Shown piece by piece: positions 23,750 through 36,762 of a DNA stretch of 64,000 nt. The stretch comes from Nitrosopumilaceae archaeon (lineage in GTDB: Archaea; Thermoproteota; Nitrososphaeria; Nitrososphaerales; Nitrosopumilaceae): NCBI GenBank assembly GCA_965207375.1, contig CBDBMG010000003.1:868340-932339 (forward strand), read 5' to 3'. The notes below the pieces were generated by a model. That model ran no database searches, was not told where the DNA came from, and was given only the letters and a program-made list of their open reading frames with translations. A program made the position numbers and the translations under genes. Within the stretch, counting starts at the first letter, position 1. Each line of letters opens with the position of its first letter.

Positions 23750-25545
23750 TTTAAGTAAGGACTAAGGAGAGCCCGATCTCTGGTCTTGCCTTTTTAAAGT
23801 CCTGAGTATGCTTGATTGCAAGTTCATTGATGATCCCATCTCTTAACAACTGCTTGGCTATCTGGGTTGGTATTAGATGGATGATACATACATGATTAGC
23901 TAGCTATATGTAGCTAGTACATGCAGCTATTAGCTACGGCTGCACATGTACATACCTTCAAACAAAAAACTCCACAATTGTGACCATCATATGCATTCTG
24001 AAGCCGTTTATTCAATTCTGTCACATCAACTTGATTTATATCATCATTGCATATTTCATTCCACTTCTTCAAGTATCTCCTACTTATAATTAATATCAGC
24101 TCACAATGAACTATCTGACTATATAGCTAGCTACGTATATAGTATACAACTTACATTACAGCAGTAAAAACTCCTTGCGCATAACGAAATGCCCTTGGGC
24201 CCAATGAATCGTAAAACCCAAAACTTTGCTTTTCAAGGTCTATAACCTACGTATACAGCTACAGCTATAGCTAGCTATAGCTATAACTACATAGAGTTAT
24301 GCTGTAATGATATGCAGCCATGCAGAAATATTAAGTTGGCCATAGCTACATAAACATATAGTTAACTAGCTATAATGTACAATTAGAATCCAATGGTTTA
24401 GAGAGCAGTCCAGTGAATTAGAGGTTAGAATCCAGTCCAGTGAATAGTGACAGCCCATGCATGTAGCACTATATAATAGTTAGCTGCATGTACGTATATG
24501 GTTTAGAGAGCTATAACCAATCTATGTATATAGTCAAGATAAAAGTAGCTATTTATACGTACGTATATACTTTTGGTCAATTTCAATTTGGCCAATAATA
24601 TCACTCTTTTACTTTCCCAATGGTAGCATCTCCCCTCCTGCAGTGAGGTGACATTCAAGAAAACCCTGTCTGTTTCATTTCTTAGTCAATCAAGGTTCCA
24701 TCTGGGTTTTGATTCTTGTAATACAGCTTGCCTTTTACCAGCTTGTAATTTTTGCAGCTTCTTCTTAATACAAATTTCTATGATTTTGTGAATCCATCTG
24801 GATAAGTTTAGTAGATGTTTGATTGTGGCATAGGATATCATCTACAAAGCAAATGGCGATCATAAATGATGTTATGAGCACAGAAAAGATTGCTATACTT
24901 TCAAAGCACTTATCAGATTCTTTTTTACCGATGGATAGTAATGAGATTTCACTTTTATCATGAACTTGCACTATATGTACATACAATAATAGCATGCATG
25001 TAAAATACTACAGCTACTGTGCATATATAACTAACTGCATAATGATACATAACATAGCTAGTTAGCTACAGATCAAAATTAAGGTCAGGTAACATAATTA
25101 TATTCCCTGACCTCCGCCTTGTCGTACAAAGACTTTTTTCATTTTTTGCTGTGTACTTGAACAGTGAACAAGTTGATTGATGTGCTTCAACAATTCACTC
25201 CCACAAAAAAGATCCTTGCACCAAAAACACTTGATTTTTCCTTCATCATTGTCGATATAAAGTGGCTGTTGCTCATGTAAAATACCGTATAGCGTGAAAC
25301 TTTGGCGGAGGAAAACTTTGGCGAATTTGCTCCTGCAGTATTTTGGCGAGTAAAACTTTGACGAATCAAATCCTCCAATCCTTTTAAATAATTATATTTT
25401 TTAAAAATTGGAGGGTTAAATTTTGGCGAGTTTCAAGAATTTGCCAAAGTTTTCCTCCGCCAAAGTTTTGCGCTATACGGTACCTTCTTCTTCGTCTGCA
25501 GAATTCAAAATCCTCTCCAGTTTTCTTTGTTTAACCTGACGAAAC
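23750..25545 (-). pseudogene. Decayed multi-exon gene: C2H2-like zinc finger, possible integrase Zn-binding remnant, Ulp1/C48 protease (probably TE-derived)
   Basis: Exon reads KCFWCKDLF...KHINQ (MITE removed); FLECHLTAGG...YYWPN; VIDLEKQSFGFYDSLG; QNAYDGHNCGVFCLK|gt. Confidence 0.55.
25285..25480. mobile_element. Tc1/mariner-pogo-type MITE
   Basis: TIR ccgtatagcg / cgctatacgg extended by aaactttggcggaggaaaac; TA TSD; removal restores EEEGILHEQQ. Confidence 0.85.
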
Positions 25546-25888
25546 CATAACATGCTATATGTATTAGTTATATCACTATTATGAGTATGATATCTTAGTT
25601 ATTACGTATATAGCTGCATGAGTCCAAGGCAAATTAAAGTCATTTACATGCTGAAAAACAATGATTACTGTCCATGCACAATTACACAAGTCATTGACCT
25701 AAACAATGTACTTTTTCTCACGCAGTTACGTGAGGTAATGAGCCACCCAGCCACCACACCGCGCACACATAGCATATATACATACCATCTATAACACTTA
25801 CTAAACCAGTATTTTGGGTGATACAGGGCAACCGAGGAAATTGTTAAGGGGCGGGGGCATTAAAACAAATTAAGTATTATTCTCTGGG

Positions 25889-26200
25889 CAGCACACACAT
25901 GTGCCACAAAGGTCATACCAGCATGCTGCAAAGGTTATACCAGCACACGCACATGCTGCAAAGGTCCTATCAGCACACACACGTGCTGCAAAGGTCAAAA
26001 CAGCACACACACGTACCACTAAGGTCCTACCAGCACACACACGTGCTGCAAAGGTCATACCAGCACACACACACGTGCTGTAAAGGTCATACCAGCACAC
26101 ACACGTGCTGCAAGGGTCATACCAGCGCACACATGTGCCGCAAAGGTCCTACCAGCACATACATGTGCTGCAAAGGTCAAAACAGCACACACACGTGCCA
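25889..26200. repeat. Minisatellite, ~31-33 bp unit
   Basis: cagcacacacacgtgctgcaaaggtcatac repeated about ten times. Confidence 0.9.
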
Positions 26201-28231
26201 TTTTAGAAATCTACAGACGAACACGTAACACATGACATGAGTGGTATGTTATTTTCCTCTCTTTAAACTTTGAACCCGGTGTTGACTCCAGCTATTCTAT
26301 TGTCAGAAGGTCCGAATGAGCCAGTTTCATTTCAGAGGACATTTACAGTGCGTCCTACTGTGTAGTGCAATAGCTACGCTTAATGCTTATCTTTCTAATA
26401 TTTGAGGATATCATCAGGGATTCCCTGAATTAACTGAGTACCAGCTTGCTGCTGTTGCTCCCAGACTTTATCGCACCTCTCTTGTCAGTGAACCATTGCA
26501 GATGTGGAATACGTATGTCACTGCTGCTCGTCATGACCACTCTCGCCACGGCGGTGGAGTTCTGTTATTGCATAGAGATAATTTACTGATGAATTCTGTT
26601 GATTGTGAGATGTATTATATGTCTGGGACCTCAGATGTGCTTTATCAAGAAACAATGATTTTGTCCATAAATTACATCGACAATCCAGTGTGTTTGATAT
26701 GACTCTAATTGATAATAAACCCAAACCGAGTGGATAAAATGTAGGGGGAAATGTGTCGATATAATTGTGAGTAAATAACTCGCTCGAATACCATGGCCAA
26801 TGTAGGGAGCACAGCGATCGGGCGACAAAATCGTGGGTCAGTGACAGAGCCTTTACATTAGTAAACAGGGGTGATATGAGAGACCTTTCATGCAAGTGGA
26901 AACTCCCTAGCTCTACACACACAATGAAACAATAAATACACTGAATAACAAAGTTTATCACAACAGTACTTCAAAATATTAAACACCATCTGAAGCTTTC
27001 TTCACATCAAGAGAACTTAACACACTGCGTACCTTAGAAAGTTTCACCCACCAAGATATTTTGCAAGTTACATTAGACACTTAGTAGACAAAGTAGGATC
27101 TAAATCAGCAGACAGTGATGCCTTGCTCACAAAATAAGAAGCAAGACTGTCAACATCAGGGGCAAATCAGATTTACATAGTCCGCTAATATTCTTAGTAA
27201 GATTCCACCATATACGATCATTAGTTCCTGACTGCAGTTTAGTGAGAAGAGATCTTCGATGATGATGAAGGGCAATAGCTTGGGCCCGCTTAGCTGGAAT
27301 CACAGAAGTACTTACAATAAGCTGGCCAATCATGCCTAGCCTGCAGTTTTTGTTTGTAGGCACGTTGGCAAAAACAATTCCAGGATGTTTAACAATAGAT
27401 ACGGTGGAGGACACCTAATGATCACGAACTTTTTTAAGAATTTTAACAAGGGCATCAACAACATCAGAGATAGGCTCAGACTTCAACATGTCCCATTGGG
27501 CTCGATGAAAGTAACCATTGATATGATTCCATGGAGCAGAGTTCCAATGATATACGTACCCTTCTAGAAGGTAATGGAGATGGCATATGTAAATTTCACA
27601 TTAAAATAGCAATAATTTATGATCACTAGCCCCCAAATATGGATGATAGGAAACAGTTCCAGTATATTCACTGATCGCCAGATCCAATACTCAACTAACT
27701 GGGAAAGTCTATACAGTTCACAGAACCCACGAACAGCAGCACCAGCAGAAGGGACTGCCTAACCATCCACGTTCGTGAACATTAAAATCACCAACAATAA
27801 TAATGAAGGCACTGGGGCTCAATATTGTGGAGCTGCTTTAGCATTATACAGGCTTTAGAGCGTGTCGAATTGTGTCCTTGGACATTCATGGAGCATTTGA
27901 TAGTGTTTGGCGGGGTGGATTATTACAACACCTCTGGAGTATGAGAATAAGGGGTAAGGCTTATTGTTCGGTGCATTCATACGTATATCTGTGAGTCTGT
28001 GACAGAAGCTTGTATGTTGTTGCTCATGAAGACACCTCATCCCAGTGGCCATTCACTGCAGGAGTTCCTCAGGGTGGCATTTGGTCCCCTATATTGTTTA
28101 ATATGTATTCGTCATCTTTCAGCTCAAATTTTGTATCACAGTTGTGATTTATATAATTACTTCAGTATGCTGATGATTCTCAGATGATAGGACTACTGCA
28201 GCTGATGAAACAAATGCTCGTGGGGTCGGAT

Positions 28232-28670
28232 CAGAGTTGAAACCAGGTCAAAGATATTGACCCAGTTGACCCGCTGACCCCGGCATTGATATTGACCTGC
28301 TGACCCGGATGGTGACCCGGATTTTTAGAACTTGAAATCTACAGAGCAACAATACTCAACATAACTTAAACCAGCTATAAAGTTGTTTTACGTAAAACCC
28401 AGTCTTCTTTTATAATCTTTGAAACCCGCATGGCACGCCCACTTTTAAAACTGAAGTGCCTCGGCCATCCTTTTAGTAATGTACAGTTGGTTAAAATGTC
28501 TTTTACTGTGAAATGAATGACTAACACAGCATTATACTTTGACAAACATCGATGCTCTCTAATAAAACAATCACTAGTATTATAGAGTATTAATCCAGGT
28601 CAACTGATCCAAACTTGACCTGGAGAAAAAGTGACCCATTTGACCCGGATATGTGGATTGATCTGATGTG
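28232..28670. mobile_element. hAT-like MITE with GACCC(G) subterminal repeats, right end decayed
   Basis: Starts cagagttgaaaccaggtca; gacccg motifs clustered at both ends; interrupts the LINE RT. Confidence 0.55.
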
Positions 28671-28749
28671 GATTATTAATTTTGAGCCTGCTAAATGTCA
28701 CTGGCTTTGTGTTTCACATAAGAGAGATGTTAGTTTATACACCCACCAC

Positions 28750-28885
28750 CATAGGCGGCGGAAGTAAGGGGGCCATGGCCCCTCTTAAATTTTAAGACTC
28801 CATAGGAATTCAATTTTTGCAATAGAAAATCACTTGAGTTTAGCTAAGTGGCCCCCCTAACTTTCAGTAGCTTCCTCCACCCTTG
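28750..28885. mobile_element. Short MITE
   Basis: TIR cataggcggcggaag / cttcctccacccttg; imperfect TSD cccaccac/cccaccta. Confidence 0.6.
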
Positions 28886-29908
28886 CCCACCTATGGCCAC
28901 TCTTCCCATTGAAGAAGTTGATGTTTGAAAATTTAGGGTATTTATTTTGATCGTAAACTTGCTTGGAGCTATATGATTGATCAGTTGACTACTGTTGTTG
29001 TCAACAATTAAGTATTCTCTATCACGTTAGAGAATACCTCAATGAGAGTACATGGCTTTGATGTTACGTACTTTTACATCTTTTGTTAGGTCTGTATGTG
29101 AATATGGTGGCATCATTTTTATGGGAGCTTCTGCTACTCATTTACACAAGTTGGTTTCAATACAAAGATGGCTGAGAAATTGTATGGAACAACATTTTTA
29201 TCCTTGACTTCTCGTCGTAAGGCCAGTGTTATTGACCTGCTGTGTAAGCTACTGGATTCTCAATGTTGAGGACCACTTCAGACTTTCTGCCCCACTCTTG
29301 CCAGTCTCTGTCACTCATCCCCGCCATCTGCAGCATGTCATTTGCTGCTGCAAAGCCCTACCAAATACAATTCACTGGATTTATGTGAAAACATTTTTCT
29401 GGGCATGGTTGTCACTATTTGGGCCACCATTCCACTGCCCTTAGGAGTTACTGAGGGGTGGTCCGCTGTTCGCCGTCTTCTGCAGAGGCACTTTTATTAA
29501 TTAATTGTTATACACACTGTGATGTCAACGCAAAAAAGCTAAAATTAATGAGATTCCCTATGAAAAGCTACATAAATGGTGTAAATTTTATTAGACTCCT
29601 ATGATTACTTATAAATCGCATTTTATGTGCAAATAAGTCCTGTTTTCACATGTCGGGTCACATATTAAGATATTGTGTCTCATATGTATATTCTTACCTA
29701 ACAGGCCACTTATATGCAGGCATTACAAGCTGATGGGCATATCGTCAAACCCATGCAGAGTGAGCAGCCACTTAAAAGTCATCAGGTTCACCACATAGCT
29801 AGCTACTTTTTATATACTGTAGCTAAACTGACCAAACTAGTAATTTTCAATGGAAATAGGGATCGAAGTTAACTAGCAACCAATTAATATATGTAGCTCT
29901 TACATAAT

Positions 29909-30533
29909 TGTGACTGGATTTGACAAAAGCCATCTTTGATGCAGACAATAACCAGATACACTTTTCACCACTACTCGATAGCTATGTCAATTAGCTAATA
30001 GTCCATGCATGTATTGGTGGTTAAAGTTCTCCGGTCTGCTTTTCCTGTGGCTTGTTTGTGGGGCCTGTCAGACATCCACGAGTGCTTGGGTGGTCTTTAA
30101 ATGGCTCTGGTGGGACTTGAAAAGCAGCCACCTGAGTGACCTGACTGGAAACCGTCCGGAGATTGGATAGTTGTCTTAGTTATCGATTTGGCTACTTTTG
30201 AAGCCTACAAGGGCCTCAAGTAAGGCTATTTGGCTGTGTTTCGGTCTCGTGAAGTTTTTATAAACCTGTAACCCACCCTCCGCCCCTATATAGAGGTATT
30301 TGTGATATTGACTGTGCCCGTTTTATAGATTATCTAAAATGGCGGGCAATTCAAACAGCTATCCAATGGAGAGCTGATGCACTGAAAGATTATAAACAGC
30401 TACATAATTGTGGCAAATTGCATGCACGCAGCTCCTTCCCTTCCGGAGATAGAATGAATTAAATAATTAAAACCAGTATTTCTAAATATTTATAATTGTG
30501 TGTGGAAGCCGGGTATTATCAAATCCGGTCACA
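29909..30533. mobile_element. TGTGAC-family MITE (~625 bp), copy 1
   Basis: TIR tgtgactggatttgac / atcaaatccggtcaca; AT flanks; closely similar to 36122-36762. Confidence 0.9.
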
Positions 30534-30576
30534 ATTATTGAACAAGTAAAACATACAGACTGAGCTCAATTGTATA

Positions 30577-30811
30577 TGTGACTGGACCTGAGAACACCAA
30601 TCTTATCTACACAAAATACACCTATTCATATCATGGTGTCTATCTCATTTCTTGTAAGTTTTGTTGAATTCCTTAGGAAATTCTGCATAGATGATGAAAT
30701 TTGTATTAAAATATTATGTTAGGAAAAAGAATAACGTATTAAACTTGAAAGAGCGAAAATTAGGTCAAAATTTATGTGTAGATAAGACTGGTTTTCTCAG
30801 GCCTGGTCACA
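30577..30811. mobile_element. TGTGAC-family MITE
   Basis: TIR tgtgactggacctgagaa / ttctcaggcctggtcaca. Confidence 0.75.
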
Positions 30812-31320
30812 TTTTGTGTGGACGGATCAAAGGGACTAGCTAAATGTGTTTTTTCCATCAAGTAGGTACGTAGTTAGCAAGGATGCTGTACGGATAATTT
30901 CTTGTTATTGGTGTAAAACTCCAAATGATGACAATTAACACTATTCAATACATTTATCTGTTAAAACAAGCACTTTATATGGTGCACCACCTTATGTGTG
31001 TCAAACGTTATCCAGCACTAACTAAATTCATTTTTGCTACTAATTGAGTAATTATGTTGTCAATTTGTGTGTCGATACAGCAGTCAATACTGCATGACGC
31101 CCCTATCACCAGAAACTTACAGCTAGCTGCATACTTAGATTCATGCCTAGTTAATTACGTAGCTCAAACCTTCTAACAACTTGAATCATCGCACTCGATG
31201 ATCTGCTGCTCTGCACCTTTAGGTGACTGAGAAGCACAATTATTAATATACATATGTAGTTATGTAGATAACAGCTAAAGCACCTTACGTACATAGCTCA
31301 TTACACAGAGAAACATCATT

Positions 31321-32068
31321 TGTGACTGGATTTGCGAAAACCATCCTTAAGGGCACATTTTGTGTTTCGAGAAATACCAATTTGAAATATTGAAGCCACT
31401 GTGGTTCTCTTGTGCTACAATGTAGCCACGCCAGACTAACAGTATAAGTAGACTACTTATGTAGCTATTGTTTTATAACTAATTCTACCACATAGCTGAT
31501 ACTGCTGGGTTTTGAGACAGTTTTTTTCCAACTGCTGTAATATCACGAATAGAATTTATAGTGGGTGGGTGGGCGGGAGGGGTGGGTAGTGGGGGCGGGT
31601 GGGGAGCTGAAGGCGGGTTATACCATCCACAAGGAGACAGACAGCAGCAGTGTGTCCCCAGTAGGGCACAGAAACAGCCACAGTCGACATGGTAGGCCGA
31701 GACGGTCATTGGCAGCAGCCTGACACACCATGTAGCCTTATTAGTGCCCCCCAGTGGCCCCTTGCACCTTGTAGTGGACCGATGTGGTTTAGCAGGGTGG
31801 GAAAAAGATCGCCTGTAAAAGCAGAACTGGCCATCTATAGCCCCGTGAATGGTGTATATGTATAGTGCTTGTAGCCTTATTAGTGCCCCCCAGTGGCCCC
31901 ATGCACCCTGTAGTGGACCAACGTGGTTTAGCAGGGTGGGAAAAAGACTGCCTGTAAAAGCAGAACTGGCCATCTATAGCCCCGTGAATGGTGTATATGT
32001 ATAGTGCTTGAGTCTAGGTGATTTCAATTCTTGTGCCATTAGGGACGGTTTTCGCAAATCCAGTCACA
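31321..32068. mobile_element. TGTGAC-family MITE with internal 139-bp tandem duplication
   Basis: TIR tgtgactggatttgcgaaaacc / ggttttcgcaaatccagtcaca; TT flanks; duplication 31731-31869 / 31870-32008. Confidence 0.85.
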
Positions 32069-32863
32069 TTTGGAGTTGTGTCTTGAGATAAATACACTTT
32101 GCCTCATGCTGTATTTATCTTTTGACATGCCCCCTATTTATATCATTATGTTGTATTTTCCTTACATATGTATATACTTGGAGAGTGCTTTAACTAGAAT
32201 GTTAATGCTTTGCAACATACGTAGCTATATGTTCCTATTTTACATGGCTCCAATCATATGAATCTACCAGATTTGGCCAGAATATGGATAGCAAATAGCT
32301 ACTATAAAATTACGTAATTTTTGTTTCATTCTTTAATAATCAGGTTATAACACAGTGGAATTAATTCTGTCCTAGTCCAATGTAATTGCCACAAAACAGC
32401 CTTAACCTTAGCATCACTGGAATGTTGCTCTATATCTGCAAATTGAGCAATTATTCTGTGCCTTGTAGGCGTAGCAATTTGGATATGGATCACGGTGGAA
32501 TCCAATTTGTTTACTCACTCTATTTTGTGGGAATCACAGATGATGTCATGCAGATTCCGTCTTGATTTCTTATTGATCTCATGAGAAGTTTTGACCACAA
32601 TATTATCTTTTTATTACTTGCATGCATGGAAATTTTTATTATAGCAACTACTATAATCACTGTGCTCACGCGATGAAATACTATAAATGTTCAATTTTTA
32701 GGTGTACATGATCGTTTTTACATATAGGATTTCAAAGGTCGGTTATAGCGAGCTATACTCTTTAGTTTCTTTTGTAATAAAGCTGCAGGTTTGTATTGTC
32801 AGATTCGTGGAATCAGGTACGTACGTACTCATACACGTAGCCAGCTAAATTCCTTATATGCGT

Positions 32864-33232
32864 ATTTAATGCAACATCGCGAGTAGCAACGCTTGTGAGT
32901 GCGTGTAACAGCATTCACGTTGCGACTCGAAGATTATTGACTGACTAATTAATTATATTTTTATCAGTTGTGTGTCTTTTCCCCCTCTACATGGGTAGCT
33001 CTCCTTTACGGAGGTATTGATTGATTTGCAAGTGCAAGACAATATTATCATATAGCTGTTCCACGCCCCACTTTATAAACTGTATAGTAGCTACTTCGTC
33101 TTGCTACTTCAATATAAGGATATTTCACAGGTGCTACACCGCTTATGAATTGATTCCTCAACTAAGGTGATACTTGCAAAGAATCAGTTTCACCCGTACT
33201 CGCGAGCGAGCGATTGCTACGTTGCATTAAAT
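32864..33232. mobile_element. MITE-like inverted-repeat element
   Basis: atttaatgcaac...gtagcaacgc versus gcgattgctacgttgcattaaat. Confidence 0.6.
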
Positions 33233-33837
33233 CTGTACCGTATAGCTACGTAGCTAGCTATAGCTAAATTTTGCACGCTAATATATATATATAATATAGT
33301 CAGACAAGAAGTTAGCTATTACTGCATATACCTAGCTAATCTAAATGTATAAGGCATTATGTATGCTCAGCAGGTGCCTCGAATGCAAATTATGCGTCCC
33401 AGGCTGTGGGGCGACGTTACTGTTTCAGCAGAGCCGGTGATGCTCCTTTGCTAAGGTTTCCTGTTATACGACTTCAGTTATAATCATAGTACGACATAAA
33501 GCTACGTATATTAGTCTAGCCAGCCGACCCTTTTTATGCGGTCCCTAGCTATAGCTACGACAGCTAGCTATAGGGATCGACACGATAAATACTGCATAGC
33601 TAGCCACGTACGTAGCTATGTGGTGTCCGTTTTTACACTGCACAGGCTTAGCAGCCGGCTTAAACACTATAATAAGTTATACCTAATCTGGCGTGCCGAC
33701 CCTTTTATGATGCGGCATCCTCCTAAAAACATTATACGTACTAATAGATGGAATGTCAATTAGCAGCCGGCTTAAACTACTATAATAAATTATACCTAGT
33801 CTAGCCGACCCTTTTTATGCGGTGCCCTCCTAAAAAC

Positions 33838-34422
33838 ATCAAAGTCGCCTCAACATATGTAAAAGATCTTGCATACAGAGCCCTGATAAGACCCAAATTA
33901 GAATACGCATGTGTGGTCTGGTCACCGTGGCAATAATTTCTTGTTGATAACATTGTTCTTGTTGATAACATTGAAAAAGTTCAGCGTCGCTCAGCTCGCT
34001 ATGTCCTTAATGATTACTGCTCTGATTCCAGTGTAACTGCCATGATAAATCATCTCAACTGGGAGTCATTAGAGGATCGTCGCAACAAAGCCAGCCTACA
34101 CACATTTTATAAGATGTTTAATAATCTCATAACGATCCCATATATCCAGTATGTTCAACTCTCCACTGTTACTAGTACCAGATACTCCCACCCCTTTAAA
34201 CTGAAAGCTAAGAAAAATCCCCTAAAGTATTCCTTTTTATCGAGAACAATACCATTATGGAATCAATTACCCCAAGACCTCGTGAACAGCAACTCATTAA
34301 TTTCTTTTAAAAACAAACTAGATGATTATATGATTGAACTGTAAATGTGTATGTATCTTTTTCTTCTGTGCATAGTCTTCGCTTGCGAAGTTTGCACAGT
34401 AATGGTAAATAATAATAATAAA
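33838..34422 (+). mobile_element. 5'-truncated LINE (CR1/L2-like) 3' end
   Basis: AYRALIRPKLEYACVVWSP, EKVQRRSAR, LNWESLEDRR, SFLSRTIPLWNQLP; (AAT)n tail. Confidence 0.9.
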
Positions 34423-34585
34423 ATATAGCCTAATTTCGAGGGTAAAAACTTTCACGGATTTGTGGATAACCACGAAAATTTTATCCTTGAATTTTTCAGT
34501 TATCCGCGAAATTTTATTCAGGAAGCTGCAAAATTCACAAATCCATGAAAAATTTCACCCTCGAAAATCTTAGGCTATGCGGTAT
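34423..34585. mobile_element. pogo-type MITE, left end clipped
   Basis: atagcctaatttcgaggg / ccctcgaaaatcttaggctatgcggta. Confidence 0.65.
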
Positions 34586-34999
34586 ACAGCTACTAATAGA
34601 TGGAATGTCAAATTCGTGTTTACGTCTTCTTAAAATACAAAGCTATAGCGGTAGACTAAGTGGCTATATGTACGTATATCTAGCTAGCTAGTTTGTAGCT
34701 ATAAGTAGCTAAATACTAATGCAGTTCAGTGAACTTTCAGGTAGCAAAAGGGACCAAAAAAGCATATTTCTATTGTTCCAAAGATGATACACTAATTTTT
34801 GTAAAGAGTTAGATAACTATTTATAATTAAACCTGTGCATTATAATCTTATTGATTCCTGCACAGTAACAATAATAATAATGATCTAATCCACTGCGCCA
34901 TAATTATATGGTTTGCGGTCTTTTTACGATGGCACAGAAGGCGGTGAAAATTCACTGAAGAATTTCGGCGTAAACACATGATGTACTCGATTGCATAGC

Positions 35000-36057
35000 T
35001 ATCATTAAGTACGGTAGTACTTAATAGTAGAGATTGGTAAGAAATTGTACGGCTTCGGGAAAATTTCGCACTTTAAAAATCAACCTTGCAATAGGCTTTA
35101 CCCGAAAAAACCAGCTGGAATGCATTGGTAAGGCTGTAATGATGCTGTACCTTGGTTAAACGAAACGACAAGTCGAATATTTCGACCTACAGCCAACTTT
35201 GAAAATTTCGAAATTCACCTGTATTTCGTCTGACAGCCTGCCGTAAGACCGGGTTGCGCTAGGTGTAGGGCTCCAGAAATTTCACACAATAAAGGTAATG
35301 GCGGCGCATTTATGAAAATGTTATTCCGAAGACGATTTACCCACTGCACCATGGCGATTCCCTTTATCCTTCATTCCTTTCCTTGTTCTTCTTTATTCCT
35401 TAGCAAGGTGCGAATTTTACCGAAGGTGAAGATAGCCTGTAACGGCTTCTGCTTATTGCGTCACACAAAAACCTGGCTTGCACGTGATATAATTAGTTAC
35501 AGTGGCACGATGTTTTCGCGTGTACTTTATTACATCATGAACTTCGAGATTATAGCCTTGGACAAATAGCTTTTGCTGTTTTTCGAGTATTATTTGCTAT
35601 CACACAGCTGTTTTGCCATGTCAGCACGTTGTTAACAAGCGCCTGTAAACAAGCATAATTATTACGTAAGCACCTGTAAAATTTTGTGCGTCTGCTGAAA
35701 GATTAATATGAATGCTTAGCATGTATAAAAAGTAAACAAACTAGAATGATAAAAAATTAAAAATTTAAAAGGTAAGTAGGGATTGAATTTTGGATTCAAT
35801 AGTGCTACAAAAAGTAAGGAAACAAGGAATAAGATTTTGGGACGAGAGAACATTTAATTTATAAAAGTTAAATCCCTACTTTTGGCAAACCTGAAGTGAA
35901 CCAAAAGTAGGGATTAAATTTTTATAAATTATCTCATGCCAGAATGTTCTCTCGTCCCAAAATCTTATTCATTGTTTCCTTACTTTTTGTAGCACTATTG
36001 AATCCAAAATTCAATCCCTACTTACCTTTTAAATTTTTAATTTTTTATCATTCTAGT
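35000..36057. mobile_element. Non-autonomous element with end hairpin and long terminal fold-back, copy 1
   Basis: ttaagtac-ggta-gtacttaa hairpin; AGTAGGGATT-type subterminal repeats; palindrome 35740-36057; homologous to 49436-50664. Confidence 0.7.
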
Positions 36058-36121
36058 ATAACAGGGTTTAAATAATATTAACCATGTATACATGTAGGTT
36101 TGATTTGTTGTCATTATTAAA

Positions 36122-36762
36122 TGTGACTGGATTTGACAAAAGCCGTCTTTGACGCACACAATAACCAGACACACTTTTCACCACTACTCGATAGATATGT
36201 CAATTAGCTAACAGTCCATGCATGTATTGGTGGTTGAAGTTCTCCGGTCTGCTTTTCCTGTGGCTTGTTTGTGGGGCCTGTCAGACGTCCACGGGTGCTC
36301 GGGTGGTCTTTAAATGGCTCTGGTGGGACTTGAAGGGCAGCCACCTGACTGGAAACCGTCCATAGACTGGATAGTTGTCTTAGTCATCGATTTGGCTACT
36401 TTTTAGGCCATTTGAAGCCTACAGGGGCATCAGGTAAGGCTATATGGCTGTGTTTCGGTCTCGTGAAGTTTTTATAAAGCTGTATCCCACCCTCCACCAC
36501 CCCACCCTCCGCCCCTATGTGGAGGTATTTGTGATATTGACTGTGCCCATTTTATAGACTATCTAAAATGGCGGGCAATTCAACCAGCTATCCAATGGAG
36601 AGCTGGTGCACTGAAAGATTATAAATAGCTACATAATTGTGACAAATTGTATGCACGCAGCTCCTTCCCTTCCCGAGATAGAATAAATTAAATAATTAAA
36701 ACCAGTATTTCTAAATATTTATAATTGTGCGTGGAAGCCGGGTATTGTCAAATCCGGTCACA
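36122..36762. mobile_element. TGTGAC-family MITE (~640 bp), copy 2
   Basis: Aligns end to end with 29909-30533; AA flanks. Confidence 0.9.

Larger units (their letters stand above)
26480..29500 (+). mobile_element. Decayed LINE (endonuclease plus RT) with an inverted internal block
   Basis: RHGGGVLL (+); IIVGDFNVH and FPLA*KVSHITPVY (-, ~26860-27842); LDIHGAFDSV, GVPQGGIWSP, YADD (+); C-terminal RT region ~28900-29300. Confidence 0.8.

Noticed and set aside
25870-26228. Cys/His-rich ORFs or CRISPR-like array
   Set aside because: Translations of a ~32-bp minisatellite without spacers
31485-31973. 162-aa Pro-rich ORF
   Set aside because: Lies within a MITE with an internal duplication; no recognisable domain
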